Below are positions 1-7,829 of a stretch of DNA of 42,589 nt, one piece after another. The stretch is taken from positions 1-42,589 of IMG/VR virus record IMGVR_UViG_3300017766_002609. The stretch is one strand, 5' to 3'. Under the pieces are notes generated by a model that was not told where the DNA came from, did not search any database, and worked only from the letters and a program-made list of their open reading frames with translations. A program made the translations under genes and the position numbers. Position 1 is the first letter of the stretch. The number at the start of each line of letters is the position of its first letter. Source of the DNA: a virus. Taxonomy: Duplodnaviria; Caudoviricetes.

Positions 1-123
1 ACGCTGCTGCTCGGTCGGGTACAGGATCGGCCAGATGCGGATGTCGTAGCCGCGGGTGCCGAGGGTGAGGTACAGGGACTGCTCGGTCTGCGGGGTGCCG
101 AGGTAGATGATGCGGCCACCCGG
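1..123. repeat. Terminal overlap identical to 42467-42589 (circular assembly overlap)
   Basis: The first 123 nt (acgctgctgc...gccacccgg) match the last 123 nt exactly. The repeat lies inside terL and the reading frame continues across the join. Confidence 0.97.
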
Positions 124-666
124 GTTCAGGATGGCGTCGAACTCCTTGACCAGCTCGGCCAGCTTGTCGCGCTGGGCCTGCGTGTAGCTGTTCGACGGGA
201 CCTCGATGTCGTCCGCGAGGATGATGTCGGCGCGGGAGCCGGTCAGCTGGCCGGTGATGCCCACCGACTTCATCGAGGGGTCCTTCGAGGTCTTCGCGGG
301 GCCCACGTCGAAGATGATGCGGCTGTCCCGCTGGTCCCCTGCAGGGGCCAGATGGTTCAGCAGCGGAATCTCCTTGATGAGCCGGAGGCAGAAGTTCGAC
401 AGGTCGTCGGCGCGCACCTTCGAGGCCGACACGGCCATGATCTTCACGTCCGGGTCCCGGTACCAGCACCACAGTAGGAACGCCGCCGTGATCCACGACT
501 TGCCGACGCCGCGGAAGGCCTCGATGATGAGGCGCCGCGGGCCGGTCTGCAGGTAGTTGGCGATGTCGTACTGGACAGGGGTGGGCGCCGGGAGCCCGAG
601 GTGCTGCCAGATGAGCCACAGGAAGGACCGGAAGTCGTCCTTCAGCAGCTGTTCGGGGGTCTTCAC
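1..666 (-). CDS. terL: Terminase large subunit, N-terminal part (continues from 42466 downward; ~565 aa in total)
   Basis: Hand translation from GTG at 666 (overlapping the lysozyme TGA) gives MKTPEQLLKDDFRSFLWLIWQHLGLPAPTPVQYDIANYLQTGPRRLIIEAFRGVGKSWIT, the T7 gp19-type ATPase start with the AFRGxGKS Walker A motif. Missing from the ORF track because it runs off the edge. Confidence 0.95.
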   Translation of the reverse strand, partial: MKTPEQLLKDDFRSFLWLIWQHLGLPAPTPVQYDIANYLQTGPRRLIIEAFRGVGKSWITAAFLLWCWYRDPDVKIMAVSASKVRADDLSNFCLRLIKEIPLLNHLAPAGDQRDSRIIFDVGPAKTSKDPSMKSVGITGQLTGSRADIILADDIEVPSNSYTQAQRDKLAELVKEFDAILNPGGRIIYLGTPQTEQSLYLTLGTRGYDIRIWPILYPTEQQR

Positions 667-1151
667 GGGGTGGGCACCCACTGGCCGAGGAGGAACAGGC
701 GGGCCTCGGCGCGGCGGCGGCGGGTCAGGCCCGGGAGGACCACCTTCTTGCCGTTGACCGTGGCCTTGTCCCAGAGCAGGAGGGCAGCCGCGGCACCCGT
801 GGTGTCCCCGGCAATCGCCTTGCGGACCGCGGTGGAGCCCGCAGCGGCCCCTACGCCGACGTTGAAGGCGAGGCTGACCAGTGCCCCCAGCTGGTGCGCC
901 GGGAGCTTGCTGAGGGCCGGCTGGGCGCTCAGGAGGCGGTCGCGGTGGGCGACGTAGTCGCGGACCAGCTGGTCCTCGGCTTCGGAGCGGGTGATGGTGC
1001 GGCCGTTGGTCACGTCCTTGGCGGTGACGCCCTTGGTCGAGCCGTAGCCGATGGTCGGGATGCCGGCAGGGCACAGGTAGGCCTTGAGGTGGCAGCCCTC
1101 GAAGTGGGCGATCAGGTCGATGCCCGGGTACTTGGAGAGGTTCAGGGACAT
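663..1151 (-). CDS. Endolysin, GH24 phage lysozyme
   Basis: HFEGCHLKAYLCPAGIPTIGYGST catalytic region and C-terminal LPGLTRRRRAE. No N-terminal SAR helix. Confidence 0.93.
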   Translation of the reverse strand: MSLNLSKYPGIDLIAHFEGCHLKAYLCPAGIPTIGYGSTKGVTAKDVTNGRTITRSEAEDQLVRDYVAHRDRLLSAQPALSKLPAHQLGALVSLAFNVGVGAAAGSTAVRKAIAGDTTGAAAALLLWDKATVNGKKVVLPGLTRRRRAEARLFLLGQWVPTP

Positions 1152-1242
1152 GGTGTCCTCCGGTGGTGGGTGCAGGGCCCGCCAGAGCCCCGCTGGGAGC
1201 CTGTGGGGCGCTCAGGGGGTCTGGGGGTGGGGTAGTGCCGGG

Positions 1243-1632
1243 TTACTTCTTGGCGGCCTTCAGGGCCTCCGTGACACCCGGGATGACCTTCTCGACGGTC
1301 CTGCCGACCACGTAGCCGCCGATGCCGACCTCGACGATGTCCCAGAGCTTCAGGACCTCGACCTCGGACAGGCCCGGGGCGGCGAAGCCCAGCCAGCGGG
1401 CGACGATGAGGGCGCCGAAGGTGAGCATCAGGACAGGTCGCCAGCAGGCGGCCAGCCAGTGCTCGGACTTGGCCTCGGCGCCGACGATGGACGCCCGCAC
1501 GTCGAGGTCGTGGAACTGGCCGCGCTGCTCCAGCTCCAGCAGCTTGAGCTTGGCTTCGGCCGCCGCGGTCTTGTCGGGGATGACTCGGTCGAGGACCTGA
1601 CCGAGAAGGGGGAGTGCAGCGAGGATGCCCAT
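1243..1632 (-). CDS. Holin (3TM/GTA-holin-like)
   Basis: EAKSEHWLAACWRP motif, hydrophobic helices, GIGGYVVGRTVEK C-terminal motif; directly upstream of the lysozyme gene. Confidence 0.8.
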   Translation of the reverse strand: MGILAALPLLGQVLDRVIPDKTAAAEAKLKLLELEQRGQFHDLDVRASIVGAEAKSEHWLAACWRPVLMLTFGALIVARWLGFAAPGLSEVEVLKLWDIVEVGIGGYVVGRTVEKVIPGVTEALKAAKK

Positions 1633-1641
1633 GGGAACTCC

Positions 1642-3255
1642 TTAGACGAAGTAGGTGCCGCTGATCTGGAGGGTGCCGGCGGCTTGGATCGGCAGGGACG
1701 CCGGGGTGCCGCCGGACTGCTGGTTGAACGGGGCCAGCTCGGTGGTGCCCGGGGCCGGGTTGCAGCCAATCTCGCCGACGTAGGTGAAGCCGCTGTGGCG
1801 GACCACCAGCTGGTCGAGGAGACTGCCCGTCAGGGCGGCAAACGGCAGCCCGGTGACCCGGAGGTTGCCGGTGCCAGTGTGCCCGGTCCACGTCACGCCG
1901 ACCGTGAAGTGCACCGTGTTGCCGATGCGGGTGTATCGGGCGGACTGCACAGTGTACGACGCGGTGCCCGCGGTGGCCGTGCCGATGACGGTCGGGACCC
2001 ACGTGCCTTCGCTGTAGTAGTCCAGCAGGGTCGCGTCGGCGCTCGGGGTGTTGTTGAAGCGGATGCCGGAGGTGACCTTGGCGGCACCGGTCACCTGCAG
2101 CATATTGACGCCGTCGTCCGTCAGGGAGCCCATCAGGGTCCGGCCGGCGTAGTAGTTTCGGTCCTGCGTGCCCAGCTGATAGACGCCCCACGACGAGGTG
2201 GCCCACGAGGCGTTGTAGTGCGACTCGATGCGCAGCCCGAAGCAGTTGGTGAAGCCCGACAGCGGGGTCGCGTGGAACGGGGCGTTGGCCCAGATGCTGA
2301 TCGCCGACGACACGGTCGCCGCAGCGTTGACCGTCTGGTTGATGAGCTGGCCGCGGACGCCCACGAAGGTGGTGATCGGGGCGGCGCCCTGATGGTAGCC
2401 CTCGAAGTAGCAGCCGCCGACCACGTTGAAGCCGGTCGGAAGCGCGCCGCTGCGCCCGGTGAAGTAGCCACCGTAGACACCGCCCGTGTGGGCGGCGCCG
2501 GACACGTTGGCGATCATCTGGGCTCGACTGCCGACCGTCAGGCCGGAGGTGGCCACCGAGTCCGACACGTTGGCGAAGATGAACGACGCGCCGGTCGTAT
2601 TGATGGTCGTGGCGCCCGTGATCGAGCCGCCCGTGATGGCGACCGCGTTGGCGTTCTGGGTGGCGATGGTGCCGAGGCCCAGCGTGGTACGGGACGCCGC
2701 GGCGTCAACGTCGTCCAGCAGGGTCCGGGCGAACCCGGTGAAGGTGTACGTCGCCGCGGTGCCCGCCCCGGTGAAGTAGATGCCGCGGTCGGCGGCGCTG
2801 GTCAGGCCGGCGATGGCCGACAGCTCGGTGTCGAGCGGCTGGTACGCCGCAGCGGCGGCCACCTCGGTCAGGTACTGGGTGTGCGGGTCGGCCAGCGCGA
2901 CGTGGGCCGCCACGGCCGCCGAGGAGGCCCCCAGCGCGTCGTAGCGGGCGTCCCCCTCAGGCTGGGTCAGGTACTGCGGGTGCGGGTCACCAGCGGCCTC
3001 GTGGGCGCCCACAGCGGCCGTCGCGGCGCCGAGGGCGTCGTACAGCGCGTCCGCTTCGGTCTCGGTCAGGTACTGCGGGTGCGGGTCCAGCAGGGCCTCG
3101 TGGGCCGCCACGGCAGCCGCGGAGGCCCCCAGCGGCTCGTAGACGCCCCCGAGGGTGGCGATCTGCGAGTCGGTGTAGGCGTTGGCCTGCGCGACCGCCG
3201 TCGAGGTACCACGGAAGAAGGGGATTTCGTTGGGGTCGCGCAGGGTGTTCGACAT
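1642..3255 (-). CDS. Tail fibre / receptor-binding protein (537 aa)
   Basis: DPHPQYLT repeats, ARTLLDD...SRTTLGLGTIATQNA fibre motif, and a C-terminal EGTWVPT...YTRIGNTV...GLPF domain typical of fibre tips. Confidence 0.85.
   Translation of the reverse strand: MSNTLRDPNEIPFFRGTSTAVAQANAYTDSQIATLGGVYEPLGASAAAVAAHEALLDPHPQYLTETEADALYDALGAATAAVGAHEAAGDPHPQYLTQPEGDARYDALGASSAAVAAHVALADPHTQYLTEVAAAAAYQPLDTELSAIAGLTSAADRGIYFTGAGTAATYTFTGFARTLLDDVDAAASRTTLGLGTIATQNANAVAITGGSITGATTINTTGASFIFANVSDSVATSGLTVGSRAQMIANVSGAAHTGGVYGGYFTGRSGALPTGFNVVGGCYFEGYHQGAAPITTFVGVRGQLINQTVNAAATVSSAISIWANAPFHATPLSGFTNCFGLRIESHYNASWATSSWGVYQLGTQDRNYYAGRTLMGSLTDDGVNMLQVTGAAKVTSGIRFNNTPSADATLLDYYSEGTWVPTVIGTATAGTASYTVQSARYTRIGNTVHFTVGVTWTGHTGTGNLRVTGLPFAALTGSLLDQLVVRHSGFTYVGEIGCNPAPGTTELAPFNQQSGGTPASLPIQAAGTLQISGTYFV
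2830..3140. repeat. Three in-frame 99-nt (33-aa) tandem repeats in the tail fibre gene
   Basis: The core ggtcaggtactgcgggtgcgggtc occurs at 2965 and 3064 (identical) and as a variant at 2866; period 99 nt. Outer boundaries are approximate. Confidence 0.9.
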
Positions 3256-3258
3256 TGG

Positions 3259-3438
3259 CTATTTCCGGTTGATGCGCAGGCGCGACAGCACGCCCTGCCC
3301 GAACGACTGGGGGCCCATGGGGGCCTGCGGGGTGCTGCCGGCCGGCGGCAGGAGCGGACCCTCGGCCATGGGGCGGCGCGTGAGGGACCGCGGGTTGCTG
3401 GAGTGGCGGTTGGGCATCTTGCCCCGAATCATCGCCAT
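3259..3438 (-). CDS. Small basic hypothetical protein (59 aa)
   Basis: ATG at 3438 follows a GGAGGAAG RBS and lies 2 nt after the upstream stop; fills the gap exactly. Confidence 0.6.
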   Translation of the reverse strand: MAMIRGKMPNRHSSNPRSLTRRPMAEGPLLPPAGSTPQAPMGPQSFGQGVLSRLRINRK

Positions 3439-3440
3439 GG

Positions 3441-3623
3441 TCACTTCCTCCGAATGGCACCCGGCATGGGCGCGTTGGGGTCGTAGGGCTCGGGGCGCTT
3501 CCACGCCTTCGGCTTCAGGGCCTCGGCGCGGGCCTTGTCAGCGCGCTCCTTCTCGGCCTTGGAGGCGTCCTCGCGCTCCTTGAGCTTCTTGTTCAGGGCG
3601 CTCAGGCCCGGGAGGAGGTCCAT
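3441..3623 (-). CDS. Small charged hypothetical protein (60 aa, MDLLPGLSALNKKLKE...)
   Basis: TGATG coupling with the upstream gene at 3623; fills the gap. Confidence 0.65.
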   Translation of the reverse strand: MDLLPGLSALNKKLKEREDASKAEKERADKARAEALKPKAWKRPEPYDPNAPMPGAIRRK

Positions 3624-3904
3624 CAGACGGCCCACGCGGTGGCGTTGCCGGCCGAGATGGTGGCCTGCACGCGGACCCAGAGGGCGCTGGGGACGGCGAC
3701 GACGGTCGTGGTGTTCGCCACGGTCGCGCCGAGGTTGTACCACGTCACGTTGTCCGGGGAGACCTGCGTCTGCAGCACGGCGCCCGCGTTGTTCGAGGAC
3801 TTGAGAATCTGCCGGTTGGCGCGGTATCCGTCCACGTTCGGCAGCGGAGCGAGGGCCTGCGAGGTGGTCGTGACGCCCACGTTGTTGAGGAGCTGGATCG
3901 ACAT
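3623..3904 (-). CDS. Hypothetical beta-rich, probably virion-associated protein (93 aa)
   Basis: Thr/Val/Asn-rich; LQTQVSPDNVTWY...WVRV pattern; tightly packed after terS. Confidence 0.7.
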   Translation of the reverse strand: MSIQLLNNVGVTTTSQALAPLPNVDGYRANRQILKSSNNAGAVLQTQVSPDNVTWYNLGATVANTTTVVAVPSALWVRVQATISAGNATAWAV

Positions 3905-3913
3905 GGTCTGGTC

Positions 3914-4138
3914 TCAGTTGAAGGTGATGCGGTCGGTGTCGAACGTCGGGATCGAGCTGGCGAGGTTGCCGAGGGGGCTACCCTCGACCGGCTTCGCCTG
4001 AATCCCGTTATCCTTCAGGATGTTACGTGCGACGGAGAGGTCGGCCGCCGTCGCCGTGCCGTCCTTGATGCGGGCGAGCAGGAGCTTGGCGGTCTCGACT
4101 TGGATGTCCTTGAGGACTTGCGTAAACTGGTCGGTCAT
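3914..4138 (-). CDS. terS: Terminase small subunit (T7 gp18-like)
   Basis: LLARIKDGTATAADLSVARNILKDNGI matches the gp18-like motif. Confidence 0.85.
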   Translation of the reverse strand: MTDQFTQVLKDIQVETAKLLLARIKDGTATAADLSVARNILKDNGIQAKPVEGSPLGNLASSIPTFDTDRITFN

Positions 4139-4139
4139 G

Positions 4140-4364
4140 TTAGAAGGCCGGCTTGGGGAGGTACTGGGCGATGTACGCGAGGGCCGCGGCGGCGCCGAGG
4201 ACCTTGTAGCGCCACTGTTCGAGGACTTGGATTCGCGCCTCCAGCCGACCGTGGTCCGACCCGAGCTGCTGCTTCAGGTCGGCCACGGCCGTGACGAGGG
4301 TTGACACCAGCGCCTTCAGTTCGCCCAGCCGCTCCGCGACTTCGAGGTCTCGGTTGTCGGTCAT
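4140..4364 (-). CDS. Coiled-coil protein with C-terminal hydrophobic segment (XhlA/holin-like)
   Basis: RLEARIQVLEQWRYKVLGAAAALAYIA; occupies the T7 gp17.5 holin position just upstream of terS. Confidence 0.6.
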   Translation of the reverse strand: MTDNRDLEVAERLGELKALVSTLVTAVADLKQQLGSDHGRLEARIQVLEQWRYKVLGAAAALAYIAQYLPKPAF

Positions 4365-4366
4365 GG

Positions 4367-5854
4367 TCAATCTACTAGGGGGTCCGTTGAGTCAAAGTTG
4401 GTGGAAGGGGAGTCGAGCTTCTCCAGCCAGAACTCCGGCATGGTGACCTCGGTGGCGATCCCCATGGGGAAGTCGCTGGCCGCCTCGGGCTGCCACCGGA
4501 AGGAGTCGAGCCGCACGCCGTTGGGCGGGTAGACTCGGGCCTTGAAGAAGGTGCCCTGCAGCGTTGCGCGACCCTTGGAGATGCTGGGCCAGATGCGGAT
4601 GGTCTTGAGCCGACGGTACCGGTTCGGGATGTCGACGAAGGACGTGATGCCACCCTCGGTGTGATCCAGCAGGTACCGCCCGTCGTCGAACACGTCGAGC
4701 TGCGCCACCGCGTCCCAGCCCCCGCCGAGGCCGCCGTCGAGGAACGTAGCCCAGCCGGAGTAGTACAGCGGTCCGTCGCCGCGTGCCACGAGGTCGCTGG
4801 CGTAGTCCAGATTGAACCCACGCACGTCGACCTCGGTGCCCTTGACGAAGTACGGGATGCGCTGTAGCTCCCGGATGAACTCCTCGATGCCGTTGTAGAC
4901 CCGGCCCTCGAACTCCTTGAGCCGTGCGCTGGTCTTCCCGGGGAACGGGTAGAGGCGCGGGAAGGCGTCGTAGTTCGCATAGCCGGGGTTCCAGCGGACC
5001 ACGCGGTACAGGCCGCGGCCCGGGCGAATGACCACCGGGAGGCAGGGCGGCAGCACGACAGGCGTGATGTCGGTCTCGCCGGCCCGGATGAAGCCCCACT
5101 GGTTCCGGCGGGTCGTCTGCTGCTGCACGATGGCGAGCGTGTCCAGCCGACGACGGACCTCGATCAGCTTGCGCTCAAGGCGCCAGCCGCGGAGGGTCAT
5201 CGGGAAGCCGTCAGGCGGCGGGTCGACCCACGTAGCGAACACCGGGTCGAAGTTGATGGGGTCCGGTGCGTTGGCGCCCGTCGTGAAGTCGACGGCGTTC
5301 GAGATGGTCAGCGACTCGACGATGTTCGTGAAGTCCAGCCCCCGCGGCGTGGTGCCGATGACGGTCCCGTTGTTGAACGTGTTGCCCGGGGGGTGGTAGG
5401 TGTAGGTGTACCGGCGGCCGGTCGCGCCGGAGCCGGTGTCCACCTGCGCCATGACGCCCCCATCCGGGAACAGGCGGGCGAACTGCTCGTGCAGCAGGAC
5501 CGGGTCGGCGTTGGCCGAGTAACCCACCGGGAACGGGGTGGACCCGAGGAACCCACTGAGGACCCCAGAGCCGTCCCGGGTGGAGCCGTTGTAGGTGTCT
5601 CCGTAGGCCTCGTAGGCCGTCCAGCCCTGAATCGCCGTGGCGACCGCGACGAACCCATGGACGCTATTCTCGCCCGTGGCGGGGTCCACCGGGGCCGGCG
5701 AGTAGACCACGTTGGCCACCACGGAACCCTTCTTGCTGGTCGCGCCGGTCGCGCTGCGCAGCACCTGAGTGCGCAGGGCGGTAACGTCGATGCCCTCCGG
5801 GGGCGGAACCTCCCGGAGGACCTGCGTGCGGATTGCCGTGATGCGCTGCGTCAT
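4367..5854 (-). CDS. Putative tail/receptor-binding accessory protein (~495 aa)
   Basis: ATG at 5854 overlaps the upstream TGA (ATGA); duplicated N-terminal TAxRTQVLR motif; sits in the tail-fibre module. Confidence 0.65.
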   Translation of the reverse strand: MTQRITAIRTQVLREVPPPEGIDVTALRTQVLRSATGATSKKGSVVANVVYSPAPVDPATGENSVHGFVAVATAIQGWTAYEAYGDTYNGSTRDGSGVLSGFLGSTPFPVGYSANADPVLLHEQFARLFPDGGVMAQVDTGSGATGRRYTYTYHPPGNTFNNGTVIGTTPRGLDFTNIVESLTISNAVDFTTGANAPDPINFDPVFATWVDPPPDGFPMTLRGWRLERKLIEVRRRLDTLAIVQQQTTRRNQWGFIRAGETDITPVVLPPCLPVVIRPGRGLYRVVRWNPGYANYDAFPRLYPFPGKTSARLKEFEGRVYNGIEEFIRELQRIPYFVKGTEVDVRGFNLDYASDLVARGDGPLYYSGWATFLDGGLGGGWDAVAQLDVFDDGRYLLDHTEGGITSFVDIPNRYRRLKTIRIWPSISKGRATLQGTFFKARVYPPNGVRLDSFRWQPEAASDFPMGIATEVTMPEFWLEKLDSPSTNFDSTDPLVD

Positions 5855-6894
5855 GCCGTGACCTCCCAGCCGATGCGGAGTGAGTTGACCCCGCCCGCGG
5901 TCCACGCGGTGCCGTCAGGCGCCCGGGTCCGAACGAACGGGCCGAGGTAGGCGAACTGGGTCTGGGAGGGGGTGAGGTTGCCGCTGAACTCGGTGTTGGT
6001 GCCGTCCGACTGCAGGACGCGCAGGGTGCGCGCCGCGGCGTCAGACTTCGACGCCACGATGTCCACCTGCACGGCCGTGACGTTGATGGCGCCCGCACTG
6101 AGGGCCGTCAGGCCTCCCACGGTGGCGCCTGCGCCGATGGTGGCGGTCGACACGTAGTCCGTGAGCTGGTTCTGCGTCGCGTCGTCCACAGCCTCGTGGA
6201 CGGTCGCAGCGCCGGTCAGCGTGGTGCCGCTCGACGCGATGGTCGAGGATGGCAGCTGCAGCTCGACGATCTGGTCGCCGAGGAAGCCCACGGCGTCCGG
6301 GCCGGTGTCGTCGGTGATCCACAGGTTGTCGAAGGTGAGCCCCGGGGCGCAGGCCGCGTTGGCGCCCGAGGTGCCGAGGGACAGCCGGTCGACCACCGTG
6401 AGGGCCCCGAGGGACCCCGTGTAGACGAAGGCGTCGATCCCGTTGACCTTGACGGTGCAGGTGGGGTTGCCGGCGCCCGGGTACTCGAAGCCGATCTGGC
6501 AGCTGTACCACGTGTCCGGGGACATGATGATCGACGAGGTGGCGAGGATCGTGTTCGACGCGCCGCCCTTGAGGATCAGCTGGCCGGCGGCGTTGCGGCG
6601 CACCGAGGGGCCCGTGGTGATCCCCGAGAGGAACCCGAACAGGTTGACCTCGGCGGCCACCGTGGTGAACTTCATCGAGAAGCCGGCGTACCGCTTGGCG
6701 CCCGAGGTGAATAGGTAACGCAGGAAGTCGCTGGTCAGGCCCGTACCGACCTGCACCGCCCCGGCGTTCAGGGTGGCGTCGCGGCCGGCCACGATGGCCC
6801 GGGAGCCGCTCGTCGCGGTCCGGGACAGGTTGAAGGCGGAGGTCAGGTCGGCGGCGGTGACGCCGTCCCAGCCTTCCATCAGCAGAACGGACAT
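5851..6894 (-). CDS. Putative tail protein, lectin/LamG-like beta-sandwich (~347 aa)
   Basis: Start MSVLLMEGWD after a GGAGA RBS; PDTWY...VKVNG...FDNLWI pattern; follows the fibre adaptor gene. Confidence 0.65.
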   Translation of the reverse strand: MSVLLMEGWDGVTAADLTSAFNLSRTATSGSRAIVAGRDATLNAGAVQVGTGLTSDFLRYLFTSGAKRYAGFSMKFTTVAAEVNLFGFLSGITTGPSVRRNAAGQLILKGGASNTILATSSIIMSPDTWYSCQIGFEYPGAGNPTCTVKVNGIDAFVYTGSLGALTVVDRLSLGTSGANAACAPGLTFDNLWITDDTGPDAVGFLGDQIVELQLPSSTIASSGTTLTGAATVHEAVDDATQNQLTDYVSTATIGAGATVGGLTALSAGAINVTAVQVDIVASKSDAAARTLRVLQSDGTNTEFSGNLTPSQTQFAYLGPFVRTRAPDGTAWTAGGVNSLRIGWEVTA

Positions 6895-6896
6895 GG

Positions 6897-7763
6897 TCAG
6901 GTCTCCAGAATGGTGCGGATGGCGACGGAGTGTCGCGCCGCGGTGTTGGGGTCGCCGGAGTCCCACCGGAGGGACAGCACGTCACCGTAGCCGAAGTCCA
7001 CCTGCGAGGCCACAGTGACCGTGCCGGCCGTGCTGTTGCCCACGATGGTCCCAGAGCCGACCACGAGGCCGTTCTTGAGGATCGAGAAGTTGCCGGTGGT
7101 GGTGCCCTGCGAGTCGGTGGCCGCGCCGGAGCCCGGGGCTCCCGCGGGGATGTAGGCGTCCCGCACGAAGGTGAAGGTGCCGTAGACCTCGCCGTTCGAG
7201 GGGCGGAACGGGGTCGAGAAGACCACGTCGTAGTTCGCCTGCAGGTCCAGCAGCAGCGCCTCGGTGGCGGCCTGCGCGGCCTCGGCGTTGGTCTCGGCCT
7301 GCTCGGCGGCGAGCTGGGCCGCGATGGCGGCGTCGAGAGCCGTCTGGGCGTCCTCGGCCGCCTGCAGGGCCTGCGCGAGCGCCGTGGCGATGTCGTCCAG
7401 CACCGGGAGGTCGCCCAGCGTCAGGTCGGCCTGCTCCTGCGCGATGTACAGCAGCTGGAGCGAGGTGGTGTTGAGGTTCGCGGCCTTGAGCGTCGACGGG
7501 TTCTCGTAGACGACGATGGGCGTCGCGGCCGGGGTCTGCCGGCGGATGACCACCTCGACGCCGTTGGCGGGCGCCACGACGAACTCGATGGACGAGGGGG
7601 TGTTGAAGCTGAAGCCGGCCGACTGCACGACGCCGTCGAGGTAGACCTTGACGTGCAGGTCGGACAGGCGCGGGAAGTCGACCGAGAAGATGCGGTTGGT
7701 GCCATTGCCGGTGTACTGGCGGAGGGCGAAGGGGAAGCCCTCGCTGAGGGGGATTGAAGCCAT
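6897..7763 (-). CDS. Short tail fibre/adaptor with T7 gp17 N-terminal anchor domain
   Basis: YTGNG...FSVDFPRL...VKVYLDGV...APANGVEVVIRRQTP...LNTTSLQLLYIAQE, then an Ala-rich coiled coil; strong AGGAGGAG RBS. Confidence 0.88.
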   Translation of the reverse strand: MASIPLSEGFPFALRQYTGNGTNRIFSVDFPRLSDLHVKVYLDGVVQSAGFSFNTPSSIEFVVAPANGVEVVIRRQTPAATPIVVYENPSTLKAANLNTTSLQLLYIAQEQADLTLGDLPVLDDIATALAQALQAAEDAQTALDAAIAAQLAAEQAETNAEAAQAATEALLLDLQANYDVVFSTPFRPSNGEVYGTFTFVRDAYIPAGAPGSGAATDSQGTTTGNFSILKNGLVVGSGTIVGNSTAGTVTVASQVDFGYGDVLSLRWDSGDPNTAARHSVAIRTILET

Positions 7764-7784
7764 GGGCTCCTCCTGAGAATTGTG

Positions 7785-7798
7785 GGGTGAACGAGGGG
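7785..7798 (-). promoter_or_regulatory. Putative phage RNAP promoter (phi17-equivalent)
   Basis: Exact CCCCTCGTTCACCC in the intergenic gap upstream of the gp17-like gene. Confidence 0.7.
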
Positions 7799-7829
7799 GC
7801 CCCGAGTGTTACCCCGGGGCCCCACGGTG

